This document shows, one piece after another, positions 1 through 8,529 of a stretch of 32,000 nt of DNA. Position 1 is the stretch's first letter, and the number at the start of each line of letters is the position of its first letter. Origin of the DNA: Pseudomonas aeruginosa (GTDB lineage Bacteria; Pseudomonadota; Gammaproteobacteria; Pseudomonadales; Pseudomonadaceae); NCBI RefSeq assembly GCF_001457615.1, contig NZ_LN831024.1:3480001-3512000 (forward strand), written 5' to 3'. The translations under genes and the position numbers were made by a program. The notes under the pieces were generated by a model that saw only the letters and a program-made list of their open reading frames with translations, was not told where the DNA came from and did no database searches.

Positions 1-1272
1 GCCGAAATCGCGACTGCCGAGGCCGACTATCGCACCGTCGGGCAGCTCTGCCGGCGGCTTGCCGGCCTGCAACGCGCCCAGCAGGGTGCCGATGGACAAC
101 CCGCTGTCGGCGAAGCCAGCGCCGCCGGCGACATGCCCGCTACGCAGCGCCCATTGCACCCCGAGGGCGTCGCCGATCTCGCCGGACAGCTCGACGATCG
201 CCGCCTCCACCAGCAGTTGCGCGCGCGGCACGTCGAGCTGGCGGACGATGTCCTCGAGCAGGCCGACATCCTCCGGGTCGGCGAGGATCACCAGGGCATT
301 CAGCGATTCGTCGGCGCGCACCAGCAGGCCGCGCTTGCCGCTTCCCCGGCCATCCTGGCCTCGCTCGCCGTGCAGCGATTCGCCGATCTCCCCGAGGGTG
401 GCGGCAAGGGTCTTGGCGTCGCCATGGCGCAGGCGGATCACCCGGCTGTTCGCCGACCGCGACGAGGGGACGTCGAGCGACTGCGCCAGCCGCAGCAAGC
501 GCGCTCGCGCCTGCGGCGGACCGAGCAGGACCAGGCGGTTGCTGCGGCTGTCGGCAAGGACCTGGACGGTGGCGGCGCTCTTCCCGGCGGCCGGGGTGAC
601 GCTGCGATCGAGCACCTCGGCGATTTCCGCGACCCAGGCATGGCGCATGTCGTAGATGCTGTAGTCATGTTCGCCGGCCCGGTCGAGGCTGCGCACGATC
701 GCCTCGATGCGCTCGATGTTGGCGCGGCGGTCGCTGACGATCAGCGCGTTGGCCGACGGTACGGCGGCCAGATGGCCATGGGCCGGGACCAGCGGCCGGA
801 TCATCGGGATCAGTTCCGCCACCGAGGTCTGCTGCGCCTGGACCACCCGCGTCTCCAGGCTGCCCGGCCCATCGCGGACGGTCTTCTGCGCGGCGTCCTG
901 GCGTGCCTCCATGTTCGGCACGATACGCGCCTGGTCGCCCTGCGGCAGCACCGCGTAGCCGTGGGTGGCGAGCACCGAAAGGAATAGTTGGTAGACCTCC
1001 GCCAGGCTGAGCCGCGCCTGGGATACCACCGTGACCCGCCCCTTCACCCGCGGATCGACGACGAAGGTCTGGCCGCTGATGCTCGATACCTGCTCGATGA
1101 AGTCGCCGATCTCGGCATCCTTCATGTTGATCGTCCACTGCTCTTCCTCTTGCGCGGCGGCAGTCTCGGCAGGTGCCGGATGGACCGGCGGCGCCAGGCC
1201 GAGGACGGCCAGCGACAGGACCAGGAACAGCGGAGACAGGCGCTGGGCGGAACGGGTACTACAACGTGGCAT
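1..1272 (-). CDS. xqhA: Type II secretion secretin (GspD family), N-terminal 424 codons; the gene runs off the left window edge
   Basis: Absent from the ORF track because it has no in-window stop. Manual minus-strand translation from ATG 1272 gives MPRCSTRSAQRLSPLFLVLSLAVLGLAPP..., a signal peptide. I spot-checked nt 1-240 in the same frame and found no stops; it reads ...RAQLLVEAAIVELSGEIGDALGVQWAL...GKPPAELPDGAIVGLGSRDFG, a typical start of a secretin C-domain. No competing ORF is listed in this frame. The start overlaps the upstream GspC-like stop by 14 nt. The symbol is recalled from the P. aeruginosa xphA-xqhA locus. Confidence 0.85.
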   Translation of the reverse strand, partial: MPRCSTRSAQRLSPLFLVLSLAVLGLAPPVHPAPAETAAAQEEEQWTINMKDAEIGDFIEQVSSISGQTFVVDPRVKGRVTVVSQARLSLAEVYQLFLSVLATHGYAVLPQGDQARIVPNMEARQDAAQKTVRDGPGSLETRVVQAQQTSVAELIPMIRPLVPAHGHLAAVPSANALIVSDRRANIERIEAIVRSLDRAGEHDYSIYDMRHAWVAEIAEVLDRSVTPAAGKSAATVQVLADSRSNRLVLLGPPQARARLLRLAQSLDVPSSRSANSRVIRLRHGDAKTLAATLGEIGESLHGERGQDGRGSGKRGLLVRADESLNALVILADPEDVGLLEDIVRQLDVPRAQLLVEAAIVELSGEIGDALGVQWALRSGHVAGGAGFADSGLSIGTLLGALQAGKPPAELPDGAIVGLGSRDFG

Positions 1273-1750
1273 GGGTGGTTTCTGCCCCTTCGGCTTTGGG
1301 GAAATACAGACGTTCTTCATAACCCTGGTCGCGCAGCACCACATGGTCGCGATGAACCGCCAGCAGCACGGTGCCGGGGCGCACTTCGGCGCCCGGCAGG
1401 AAGCGCTGCGAGCGCCCGGCCACCGCGATCAGCGCCGCCGAGCGGTCCTCGCGACGCGCCAGGAAGCAGGCCAGCAGGCGCAATTGCAGACGCTCGCCCG
1501 CCGTCGCGCCGCGCGGCGACGGAGCGCCACCGAACAAGCCGGCTAACGCCGCGCGCGGGGCCGCTGAAGGGTTGGCTGGCGGCGCCGGGGCCGCTGCGGC
1601 GGGCAATTCCGCCAGCTCGCGGCGCAGCGAGCGCGTCTGGCTGGCCAGGCTGGCGCTGAGCAACGCCAGCAGCAGCACGCAAAGCACAGCGGGCGCATGC
1701 CCGGCCAGGCTGCGCAGGGAAACGAAAGACGATGGAAGGTGACGCGACAT
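1259..1750 (-). CDS. xphA: GspC-like type II secretion inner-membrane component
   Basis: The ORF 1259..1816 (-) has alternative ATGs at 1816, 1786 and 1750. I chose 1750 (MSRHLPSSFVSLRSLAGHAPAVLCVLLLALLSASLA) because it gives a short cytoplasmic N-terminus followed by one TM helix, the GspC topology. The C-terminal part (RLQLRLLACF...AALIAVAGRSQRFLPGAEVRPGTVLLAVHRDHVVLRDQGYEERLYF) resembles the GspC HR domain. It sits directly upstream of, and overlaps, a secretin gene. No start has a clear SD, so the start is uncertain. Confidence 0.75.
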   Translation of the reverse strand: MSRHLPSSFVSLRSLAGHAPAVLCVLLLALLSASLASQTRSLRRELAELPAAAAPAPPANPSAAPRAALAGLFGGAPSPRGATAGERLQLRLLACFLARREDRSAALIAVAGRSQRFLPGAEVRPGTVLLAVHRDHVVLRDQGYEERLYFPKAEGAETTHATL

Positions 1751-1927
1751 GCAGCAGGCGGATTCCGGCAAACGGGCGCGCTGCATCGACGCGGCTCGCC
1801 CAGGGGCGGCGAGCATAAGGGATGGGGCTGCGGCCTACGGCCGCGAAAGGGCAAAACTGTTAAGGCTGCCCGCTTTGATCCTTCGTGGCGGGAACTGGCC
1901 CACAAAACGCCAGGCGCGGGAAAGGCC

Positions 1928-2137
1928 TCAGCGCTTGCCCATCGAACGACGGGTACCGCGCGGCGCCATGCCGGGACGCTGGCCCTTGTCGTGGATCTTC
2001 CGCTGCGGATAGAGCTGGGCCTGGTTCTTCTTCGCCAGGGCGGCCTTCAGCAACGCGCTGGCGTCGCTCGGCGCGGCCTGGGCCGGAGCGTCGTCGGAGG
2101 AAAGGGCCTGGGGAAGAGCGTCGGGAGCGGAAGCCAT
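1928..2137 (-). CDS. Hypothetical small protein (69 aa) with an Ala/Pro/Ser/Asp-rich N-terminus and a strongly basic C-terminus
   Basis: MASAPDALPQALSSDDAPAQAAPSDASALLKAALAKKNQAQLYPQRKIHDKGQRPGMAPRGTRRSMGKR. I counted codon third positions by hand: 58 of 69 are G/C, none are A, and 11 are T, a typical Pseudomonas coding signature. A perfect TATAAT on the same strand (2173-2178) lies about 36 nt upstream of the ATG. I recognise no family. Confidence 0.5.
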   Translation of the reverse strand: MASAPDALPQALSSDDAPAQAAPSDASALLKAALAKKNQAQLYPQRKIHDKGQRPGMAPRGTRRSMGKR

Positions 2138-2172
2138 GGCGTATCCGGATCGGGGGAAATCGTGGGGACGCG

Positions 2173-2178
2173 ATTATA
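2173..2178 (-). promoter_or_regulatory. Candidate sigma-70 -10 hexamer for the small ORF
   Basis: The minus strand reads a perfect TATAAT, with 35 nt between it and ATG 2137. The -35 region is weak (TGCCGG) and overlaps a tandem octamer repeat, CCGGACAG x2 (2183-2198). Confidence 0.3.
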
Positions 2179-2195
2179 CATGGCTGTCCGGCTGT

Positions 2196-2212
2196 CCGGC
2201 AGCACCTGCCGG
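2196..2212 (-). terminator. GC-rich hairpin 15 nt downstream of the helicase stop
   Basis: CCGGCAG-CAC-CTGCCGG forms a perfect 7-bp stem with a 3-nt loop. There is no U-tract. Confidence 0.3.
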
Positions 2213-2226
2213 CGTATCGCCACGGG

Positions 2227-4509
2227 TCAACGCAGTTGCCACCAGCCCGGCAGCAACCGGCGCACCTTGGCCTGGGCGAAACGGTCGTCGATCAGGTGCA
2301 CCACGCCGCGATCGCTGCGGCTGCGGATCACCCTCCCGGCGGCCTGGACCACCTTCTGCAGTCCCGGATACAGGTAGGTGTAGTCGTAGCCGTCACCGAA
2401 CAGGCGCTGCATGCGCAGGCGGATCTGCTCGTTCACCGGATTCACCTGGGGCAACCCGAGGGTGGCGATGAAGGCGCCGATCAGGCGCTCGCCAGGCAGG
2501 TCGATGCCTTCGCCGAAGGCACCGCCGAGCACGGCGAAGCCGATGCCCTCGCCGCCCGCGACGAAGCGCTCGAGGAAGACCCGGCGCTCCGCCTCGTCCA
2601 TCCGTGGCGTCTGGCTCCAGCATGGCACCCACGGGTATGCCTGGCGGAAGACGTCCAGCGCCTGCTGCAAGTAATCGAAGCTGCTGAAGAAGGCCAGGTA
2701 GTTGCCCGGCCGCTGGCGAAACTGCTCGCCGAGAATCGCTGCGATGGGCGCCAGGGATGCCTGGCGCTGCGCATAGCGCGTGGAAACCCGACGCTGTATG
2801 TGCACCTCCAGTTGCTCGGCGCTGAATGGCGAGTCCACTTCCAGCCAGGGCGTGCCCGCCGGCAGGCCGAGCAGGTCGGCGTAATAGTCGCGCGGCCCGA
2901 GGGTAGCGGAGAACAGCACGGTGGAGCGGCTGGCGGCGAAGCGCTCGGCGAGAAACGCCGCCGGCACCACGTTGCGCAGGCACAGCCGGGCCAGGCTGCG
3001 GCCGTTGCGGCCTGGGCGCTTCTCGATGTCGAACAGCGAATGCTCGCCGAACAGTTCGGCGAGACGGCCGAACTGCAGGATCGCGAAGTAGAACTCCTGC
3101 AACGCCGGCTCCAGCGCCTGCGGTTGCTCGGCGAGCAGGTCGTTGATCGCCGCCACCGCGTTCTGCAAGGCCAGGAGCAGCTTCTGCGGAGGCTCGTCGT
3201 AGGCCTGGTAGTCGTCCGCCTGGGTCTTGGCCAGTTCGTTCCAGGCACGCTGGATGCGCTCCAGCGGTTTCCTCAGGGCCTCCGGGGCGGTTTTGCGCAC
3301 ACCGAGGAAATCGCCCTGGTCGAGTTCGGCGGAATACATCCGCCGGCCGCGCTCCACCAGGTTGTGCGCCTCGTCCACCAGTACCGCCACCCGCCACTGG
3401 TTGACCTGGGCCAGGCCATGGAGCATGGCGCCGAGATCGAAGTAGTAGTTGTAGTCGCCCACCGCCAGGTCGCACCAGCGCGCCAGTTCCTGGCCCAGGT
3501 AGTAGGGACAGACCCGGTGCGCCAGCGCCACCTCGCGCAACCGCGCCTGGTCCAGCCAGCGCGCCTCCACGGCGGCGGCGCGGGCCGCCGGCAGGCGTTC
3601 GTAGAAGCCCTGGGCCAGGGGACAGGACTCGCCGTGGCAGGCCTTGTCCGGGTGCTCGCAGGCCTTGTCCCGCGCCACCAGTTCCAGCACCCGCACCGGC
3701 AGTCCGCCGGTCTCCCCTTCCAGGCTACGCAGGGCATGCAGCGCGAGGGCCCGGCCCGGGGTCTTGGCGGCCAGGAAGAACAGCCGGTCCAGGCGCTGCC
3801 CGGGCATCGCCTTGAGTTGCGGGAACAGCGTGCCGATGGTCTTGCCGATCCCGGTCGGCGCCTGGGCCATCAGGCAACAACCGGCGGAGGCGGCCTTGTA
3901 CACCGCCTCCGCCAGTTGCCGCTGGCCGTGGCGGAATTCGGCGTGGGGAAAGCGTAACGCGGCCAGTTCGCGGTCGCGCCGCTGGCGGTGCGCCAGTTCC
4001 TGCTCGGCCCAGGCGAGAAACGCCTGGCACTGGCTCTCGAAGAACAGCCGCAGCTCGTCGGCCCGCACCCGCTCGACGAAGCGGGTCTCCTTCTGGCTGC
4101 CGACCTCCAGGTAGACCAGCGCCAGTTCGACTTCCTCCAGCTTCCGTTCGGCGCAGAGCAGCCAGCCGTAGACCCTGGCCTGGGCCCAGTGCAGGTGCCG
4201 GTGGTTGGCCGGTTGCAGGGCGAGGTCGCCGCGGTGGGTCTTGATTTCCTCCAGGCAGTTCGCCTGCGGATCGTACCCATCCGCCCGGCCGCGCACCTGC
4301 AAGTGACGGTAGCGTCCGTCCAGCGCCACTTCGCGCTGGTAGTGAGCGGGGCGCCGGGAGGTCACCAGGGTATGTCCGGCGATGCCTTCCAGGGCGCTGG
4401 GCGACGGGGTGAAGCGCAGGTCGAGGTCGCCGCGCTTGGCGCTGAACTCGCAAAGCGCGCGCACCGCCACCTGGTACAGCGCCTCGCCGCCCTGCTCAGT
4501 CATCGACAT
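2227..4509 (-). CDS. Fusion protein: N-terminal PD-(D/E)XK nuclease domain plus an XPD/Rad3/DinG-family Fe-S SF2 DNA helicase
   Basis: 760 aa. The N-terminus has RADGYD...CLEEIKT (D...ExK nuclease motif). It carries Walker A AQAPTGIGKT and a DEAH box VLVDEAHNL. A four-Cys cluster lies between them (ACEHPDKACHGESCPLAQGFY...VCPYY), as in XPD/DinG/FANCJ 4Fe-4S helicases. C-terminal helicase motifs are FGEGIDLPG and QAAGRVIRS. ATG 4509 (or 4503) overlaps the stop of the upstream nuclease gene. Confidence 0.9.
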   Translation of the reverse strand: MSMTEQGGEALYQVAVRALCEFSAKRGDLDLRFTPSPSALEGIAGHTLVTSRRPAHYQREVALDGRYRHLQVRGRADGYDPQANCLEEIKTHRGDLALQPANHRHLHWAQARVYGWLLCAERKLEEVELALVYLEVGSQKETRFVERVRADELRLFFESQCQAFLAWAEQELAHRQRRDRELAALRFPHAEFRHGQRQLAEAVYKAASAGCCLMAQAPTGIGKTIGTLFPQLKAMPGQRLDRLFFLAAKTPGRALALHALRSLEGETGGLPVRVLELVARDKACEHPDKACHGESCPLAQGFYERLPAARAAAVEARWLDQARLREVALAHRVCPYYLGQELARWCDLAVGDYNYYFDLGAMLHGLAQVNQWRVAVLVDEAHNLVERGRRMYSAELDQGDFLGVRKTAPEALRKPLERIQRAWNELAKTQADDYQAYDEPPQKLLLALQNAVAAINDLLAEQPQALEPALQEFYFAILQFGRLAELFGEHSLFDIEKRPGRNGRSLARLCLRNVVPAAFLAERFAASRSTVLFSATLGPRDYYADLLGLPAGTPWLEVDSPFSAEQLEVHIQRRVSTRYAQRQASLAPIAAILGEQFRQRPGNYLAFFSSFDYLQQALDVFRQAYPWVPCWSQTPRMDEAERRVFLERFVAGGEGIGFAVLGGAFGEGIDLPGERLIGAFIATLGLPQVNPVNEQIRLRMQRLFGDGYDYTYLYPGLQKVVQAAGRVIRSRSDRGVVHLIDDRFAQAKVRRLLPGWWQLR

Positions 4510-6175
4510 GCCAGCGCACGTAGCAGACCGCCACCGGCATCTCCCGCTCGCGGCAGAATTGCAGCCAGCGCAACTGGTTGTCCTGCAGGCGGTCGCCCGG
4601 TCCCTTGACCTCGACCATCCGGTAGCGCCGCTGCGCCGGCCAGAACTGGATCAGGTCCGGCAGGCCGGCGCGGTTGCCCGGGATATCCTCCAGCAGGCGT
4701 TCGAACCAGGCGCGCAGGTGGGCCGCCGGCAGGCAATCGAGCGCCTGTTCGAGCAGTTCCTCGCCAAGCAGTTCCCAGTAGACGAAGGGCGACTGCAGGC
4801 CGAACTTGTCGCGGTAGCGACAGCGGATCGCGTCGCGGTAGCTGCCGTCCTCCAGCCGTCCCAGGCAGGCCTCGAACAGGGCGGCGCGGCGCTGGCGGAA
4901 GTCGGCGCTGTGCAGGTCCGCCGGCGCGCTGTGGAAGGGATGGAAGAACGCCCCGGGAATGGCGGCGAAGATCGCCTCCCAGCAGAGCAGCCCGAACAGC
5001 GAATTGATCAGGCCGTTCTCGACGTAGTGCACCGCGCAACCGGGCTCTTCCAGGTGCTCGCGGACCGCCCACTCGACGCTACAGGGTTCGCTCGGGAACG
5101 CCAGGCACAGGTCCAGGCGGTCGATTTCCGGAGCCGCCGCCCGCGCCTGTCGCGGCAGGCCGAGCTTGCCTTGCAGGCGCGGCAGCAATCGGGCCAGGCC
5201 CTGGCGTTCGGCGTCGCTTTCCGGCGCACAGCTGGCCTCCCGCGCCAATGCATGGGCTTCGGCGAAGCGCTCGCCGCGTTCCAGGCTGCGAATCGCCCGC
5301 AGGCGCGCGCCGGGGTGGCTGGATTGGCGATAGAGCCGCTGGGCCAGGTCGAAATCCCGCTGCTTTTCGCAGTGCTGGGCGAACTGGAACAGCAGCTTGA
5401 CCCGCCGCCCTTCCAGCCAGGGATTGGCGTAGGGTTCGCCCGGCAGGCCGGCGAGCAGTTCCTCCAGCGGCTCGCCGAGGTCGAAGCGCTGGCGGCAGTC
5501 GAACAGGTGGAGATAGGCGTCGACGTCGGCGCGCAGGCGAAAGCCGCGGGAGTCGGCGGAAAACTCGACGCTTTCGTAACGATAGATACCCAGGTCGGCA
5601 AGGACGAACTCCGACCAGTCCTGCCACAGGTTGCCGAAATACATCAACCGCAAGCGGTCGCAGAGCGCCATGCAGCGCAACTCGTAGACCGGTTCGGCGA
5701 AGTCGGCCTGCCACTCGGCGAGCCGCCGCGCCTCGGGGAACAACGGCTGGAGCCGTTCCAGCAACGCATCCTTGCGCAGGTTCGCGCGCCCGAGATGGTC
5801 CCTGAACAGCTGCGACAATTCGTCCTTCCTCAGCAAGCCGAACAGTTGCGCCAGTTCCAGGGTCGGCTGCGCGTCCACCCAGCCCAATGCCAACAGCGGT
5901 TGCACGGCGGCGCGCGTGTCGCCGATCTCGGCATAGGCCAGCTTGCCTTCGCGGAACAGCGTGCCCTTGCGCATCACCATGCGCACCAGCAGGGCCTGGC
6001 TGGCCTCGGGCAGCTCGGCGAACGCGGCGATGAAGGCACGTTCCTGATCGTCGAGCAGATCGGCATAGCGTTCGCCGATCCAGGCGAGCACCGCGCGGAA
6101 GTTGTGCAGGTAGTAGAAGGGTTCGGGAAGCGCTGGGGAATTCACGGGAAGCGGAGCCTGGTACTGTTCATGCAT
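4496..6175 (-). CDS. FAN1-like structure-specific nuclease with a C-terminal VRR-NUC domain
   Basis: The track ORF is 574 aa. I prefer ATG 6175 (MHEQYQAPLP..., 559 aa). The C-terminus GLPDLIQFWPAQRRYRMVEVKGPGDRLQDNQLRWLQF contains the PD...E-x-K VRR-NUC catalytic core. The N-terminal and central regions look like SAP/TPR-like helical repeats, as in FAN1. I recall that the P. aeruginosa FAN1 homologue (PaFAN1) has been crystallised with 5' flap DNA. Confidence 0.9.
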   Translation of the reverse strand: MHEQYQAPLPVNSPALPEPFYYLHNFRAVLAWIGERYADLLDDQERAFIAAFAELPEASQALLVRMVMRKGTLFREGKLAYAEIGDTRAAVQPLLALGWVDAQPTLELAQLFGLLRKDELSQLFRDHLGRANLRKDALLERLQPLFPEARRLAEWQADFAEPVYELRCMALCDRLRLMYFGNLWQDWSEFVLADLGIYRYESVEFSADSRGFRLRADVDAYLHLFDCRQRFDLGEPLEELLAGLPGEPYANPWLEGRRVKLLFQFAQHCEKQRDFDLAQRLYRQSSHPGARLRAIRSLERGERFAEAHALAREASCAPESDAERQGLARLLPRLQGKLGLPRQARAAAPEIDRLDLCLAFPSEPCSVEWAVREHLEEPGCAVHYVENGLINSLFGLLCWEAIFAAIPGAFFHPFHSAPADLHSADFRQRRAALFEACLGRLEDGSYRDAIRCRYRDKFGLQSPFVYWELLGEELLEQALDCLPAAHLRAWFERLLEDIPGNRAGLPDLIQFWPAQRRYRMVEVKGPGDRLQDNQLRWLQFCREREMPVAVCYVRWHVDD

Positions 6176-6259
6176 ACAGATACCAGCGCCCCCACGGCTT
6201 GGCAATGCGCATCCGATCAAGCGTCGCCGGCCTGACGACGACTATCCAGGCACAAGGCG

Positions 6260-6287
6260 TTCGTTATATAAAAATATTAACAACGAA
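6260..6287. promoter_or_regulatory. AT-rich imperfect inverted repeat in the divergent FAN1-operon / TetR promoter region
   Basis: TTCGTTATATAAAAATATTAACAACGAA has outer arms TTCGTT/AACGAA. It is the only AT-rich stretch in the 133-nt intergenic region and is probably a -10/operator region. Confidence 0.35.
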
Positions 6288-6308
6288 ACCTGCCCCGTAT
6301 CGGTCCCG

Positions 6309-6959
6309 ATGAAGAAGATCCGCCAACGCAACCTGCAACTGATCCTCGACGCCGCCTGCGAAGTCTTCGCCGACTGCGGCTTCAGCGCCGCCCGGCTCAG
6401 CGACGTCGCCGAGCGCGCCGGCGTGGCGAAGGCCAACGTGCTCTATTACTACCGCTCCAAGGCGCAACTCTACGAGGCGGTGCTGGACAGCATCGTCGAG
6501 CCCCTGCTGGAAGCCTCCCGGCCATTCGCCGGCGACCAGCCGCCCGCCGAGGCGCTACGCGCCTACGTCGACAACAAGATGCGCATCGGCGCCGAGCGGC
6601 CGCACGCGGCCAGGGTCTTCTCCTGCGAGATCATGCGCGGCGCGCCGCGCATGCCGGCGCCGCTGCTGGAACGCCTCGACGCCCAGGCGGAACGCAACGC
6701 CGAGCGCATCCGCCAGTGGATCGACGAAGGCCTGCTGGCGCCGCTGGATCCGTACCACCTGCTGCTCAACCTGTGGGCGATGACCGAGTCCTATGCCCTT
6801 GGCGGCTGGCAACTGGCGCGCCTCACCGGCCAGGCCGGGCTGGACGCAAGCGACTACCGGCAGGCGGCGGAAAACATCGTCCGCCTGGTCTGCGCCGGCT
6901 GCCTGGCACTCCCCGGCGAGGCCGCGCCGCGTCGGCGTTTCCGCGCGCTGGCCGGCTGA
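6309..6959 (+). CDS. TetR/AcrR-family transcriptional regulator, RutR-like
   Basis: 216 aa. The N-terminal HTH is ILDAACEVFADCGFSAARLSDVAERAGVAKANVLYYYRSKAQLYEAVL. The C-terminal region (PHAARVFSCEIMRGAP...LAPLDPYHLLLNLWAMTESYA) aligns by eye with E. coli RutR. Confidence 0.9.
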   Translation: MKKIRQRNLQLILDAACEVFADCGFSAARLSDVAERAGVAKANVLYYYRSKAQLYEAVLDSIVEPLLEASRPFAGDQPPAEALRAYVDNKMRIGAERPHAARVFSCEIMRGAPRMPAPLLERLDAQAERNAERIRQWIDEGLLAPLDPYHLLLNLWAMTESYALGGWQLARLTGQAGLDASDYRQAAENIVRLVCAGCLALPGEAAPRRRFRALAG

Positions 6960-6989
6960 GCGACTTGCGCCGGATCAATTTCCGCGTAG

Positions 6990-7013
6990 CGCTATATTCC
7001 AAAAGCCATAGCG
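6990..7013 (+). promoter_or_regulatory. Inverted repeat resembling a ModE-type molybdate operator upstream of modA
   Basis: CGCTATATTCCAAAAGCCATAGCG has arms CGCTAT/ATAGCG around an AT-rich core and lies 61-84 nt upstream of the modA ATG. The E. coli ModE operators have the form cgTTATATA-N-TATATAAcg. Confidence 0.4.
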
Positions 7014-7022
7014 AACCCCTAA

Positions 7023-7829
<807 letters not shown>

Positions 7830-7841
7830 GGCGGGACCTGC

Positions 7842-8528
7842 ATGGCGTTGCCACTCGACAGTACGGACCTGGCGGCCATCTGGCTGACCATCGAGCTGGC
7901 TTCGCTCACCACCCTCCTCCTGCTGCTGATCGGCACGCCCATCGCCTGGTGGCTGGCGCGCACCCGCTCCTGGCTGAAGGGGCCGATCGGCGCGGTGGTG
8001 GCCCTGCCGCTGGTGCTGCCGCCGACGGTGATCGGCTTCTACCTGCTGGTCAGCATGGGTCCCAACGGTTTCATCGGCCAGCTCACCCAGAGCCTCGGTC
8101 TCGGCACCCTGCCCTTCACCTTCGCCGGCCTGGTGGTCGGCTCGGTGTTCTACTCGCTGCCCTTCGTCGTGCAACCGTTGCAGAACGCCTTCGAGGCGAT
8201 CGGCGAGAAACCGCTGGAGGCTGCCGCGACCCTGCGCGCGAGCCCCGTCGACCGTTTCTTCAGCGTGGTCCTGCCGCTGGCCCGGCCGGGTTTCGTCACC
8301 GCCGCGATCCTCGGCTTCGCCCATACCGTCGGCGAGTTCGGCGTGGTGCTGATGATCGGCGGCAACATCCCGGAGAAAACCCGCGTGGTCTCGGTGCAGA
8401 TATTCGATCACGTCGAAGCCATGGAATACGCCCAGGCCCACTGGCTGGCCGGCGGCATGGTGGCGTTCTCCTTCGTCGTCCTCCTCGCCCTCTATTCGGG
8501 CCGGCGCCGCCGGCCGGGCTGGGCCTGA
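7842..8528 (+). CDS. modB: Molybdate ABC transporter permease
   Basis: 228 aa polytopic membrane protein with the ABC permease EAA-loop region ([25 protein letters not shown]). It lies between modA and modC. Confidence 0.95.
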   Translation: MALPLDSTDLAAIWLTIELASLTTLLLLLIGTPIAWWLARTRSWLKGPIGAVVALPLVLPPTVIGFYLLVSMGPNGFIGQLTQSLGLGTLPFTFAGLVVGSVFYSLPFVVQPLQNAFEAIGEKPLEAAATLRASPVDRFFSVVLPLARPGFVTAAILGFAHTVGEFGVVLMIGGNIPEKTRVVSVQIFDHVEAMEYAQAHWLAGGMVAFSFVVLLALYSGRRRRPGWA

Positions 8529-8529
8529 G

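Noticed and set aside
6260-6287. An SOS (LexA) box upstream of the FAN1/helicase operon.
   Set aside because: The AT-rich core resembles TATAAATATA, but the essential CTG-N10-CAG arms are absent; the arms here are CGTT/AACG. No CTG-N10-CAG match was seen near 2138-2226 either.
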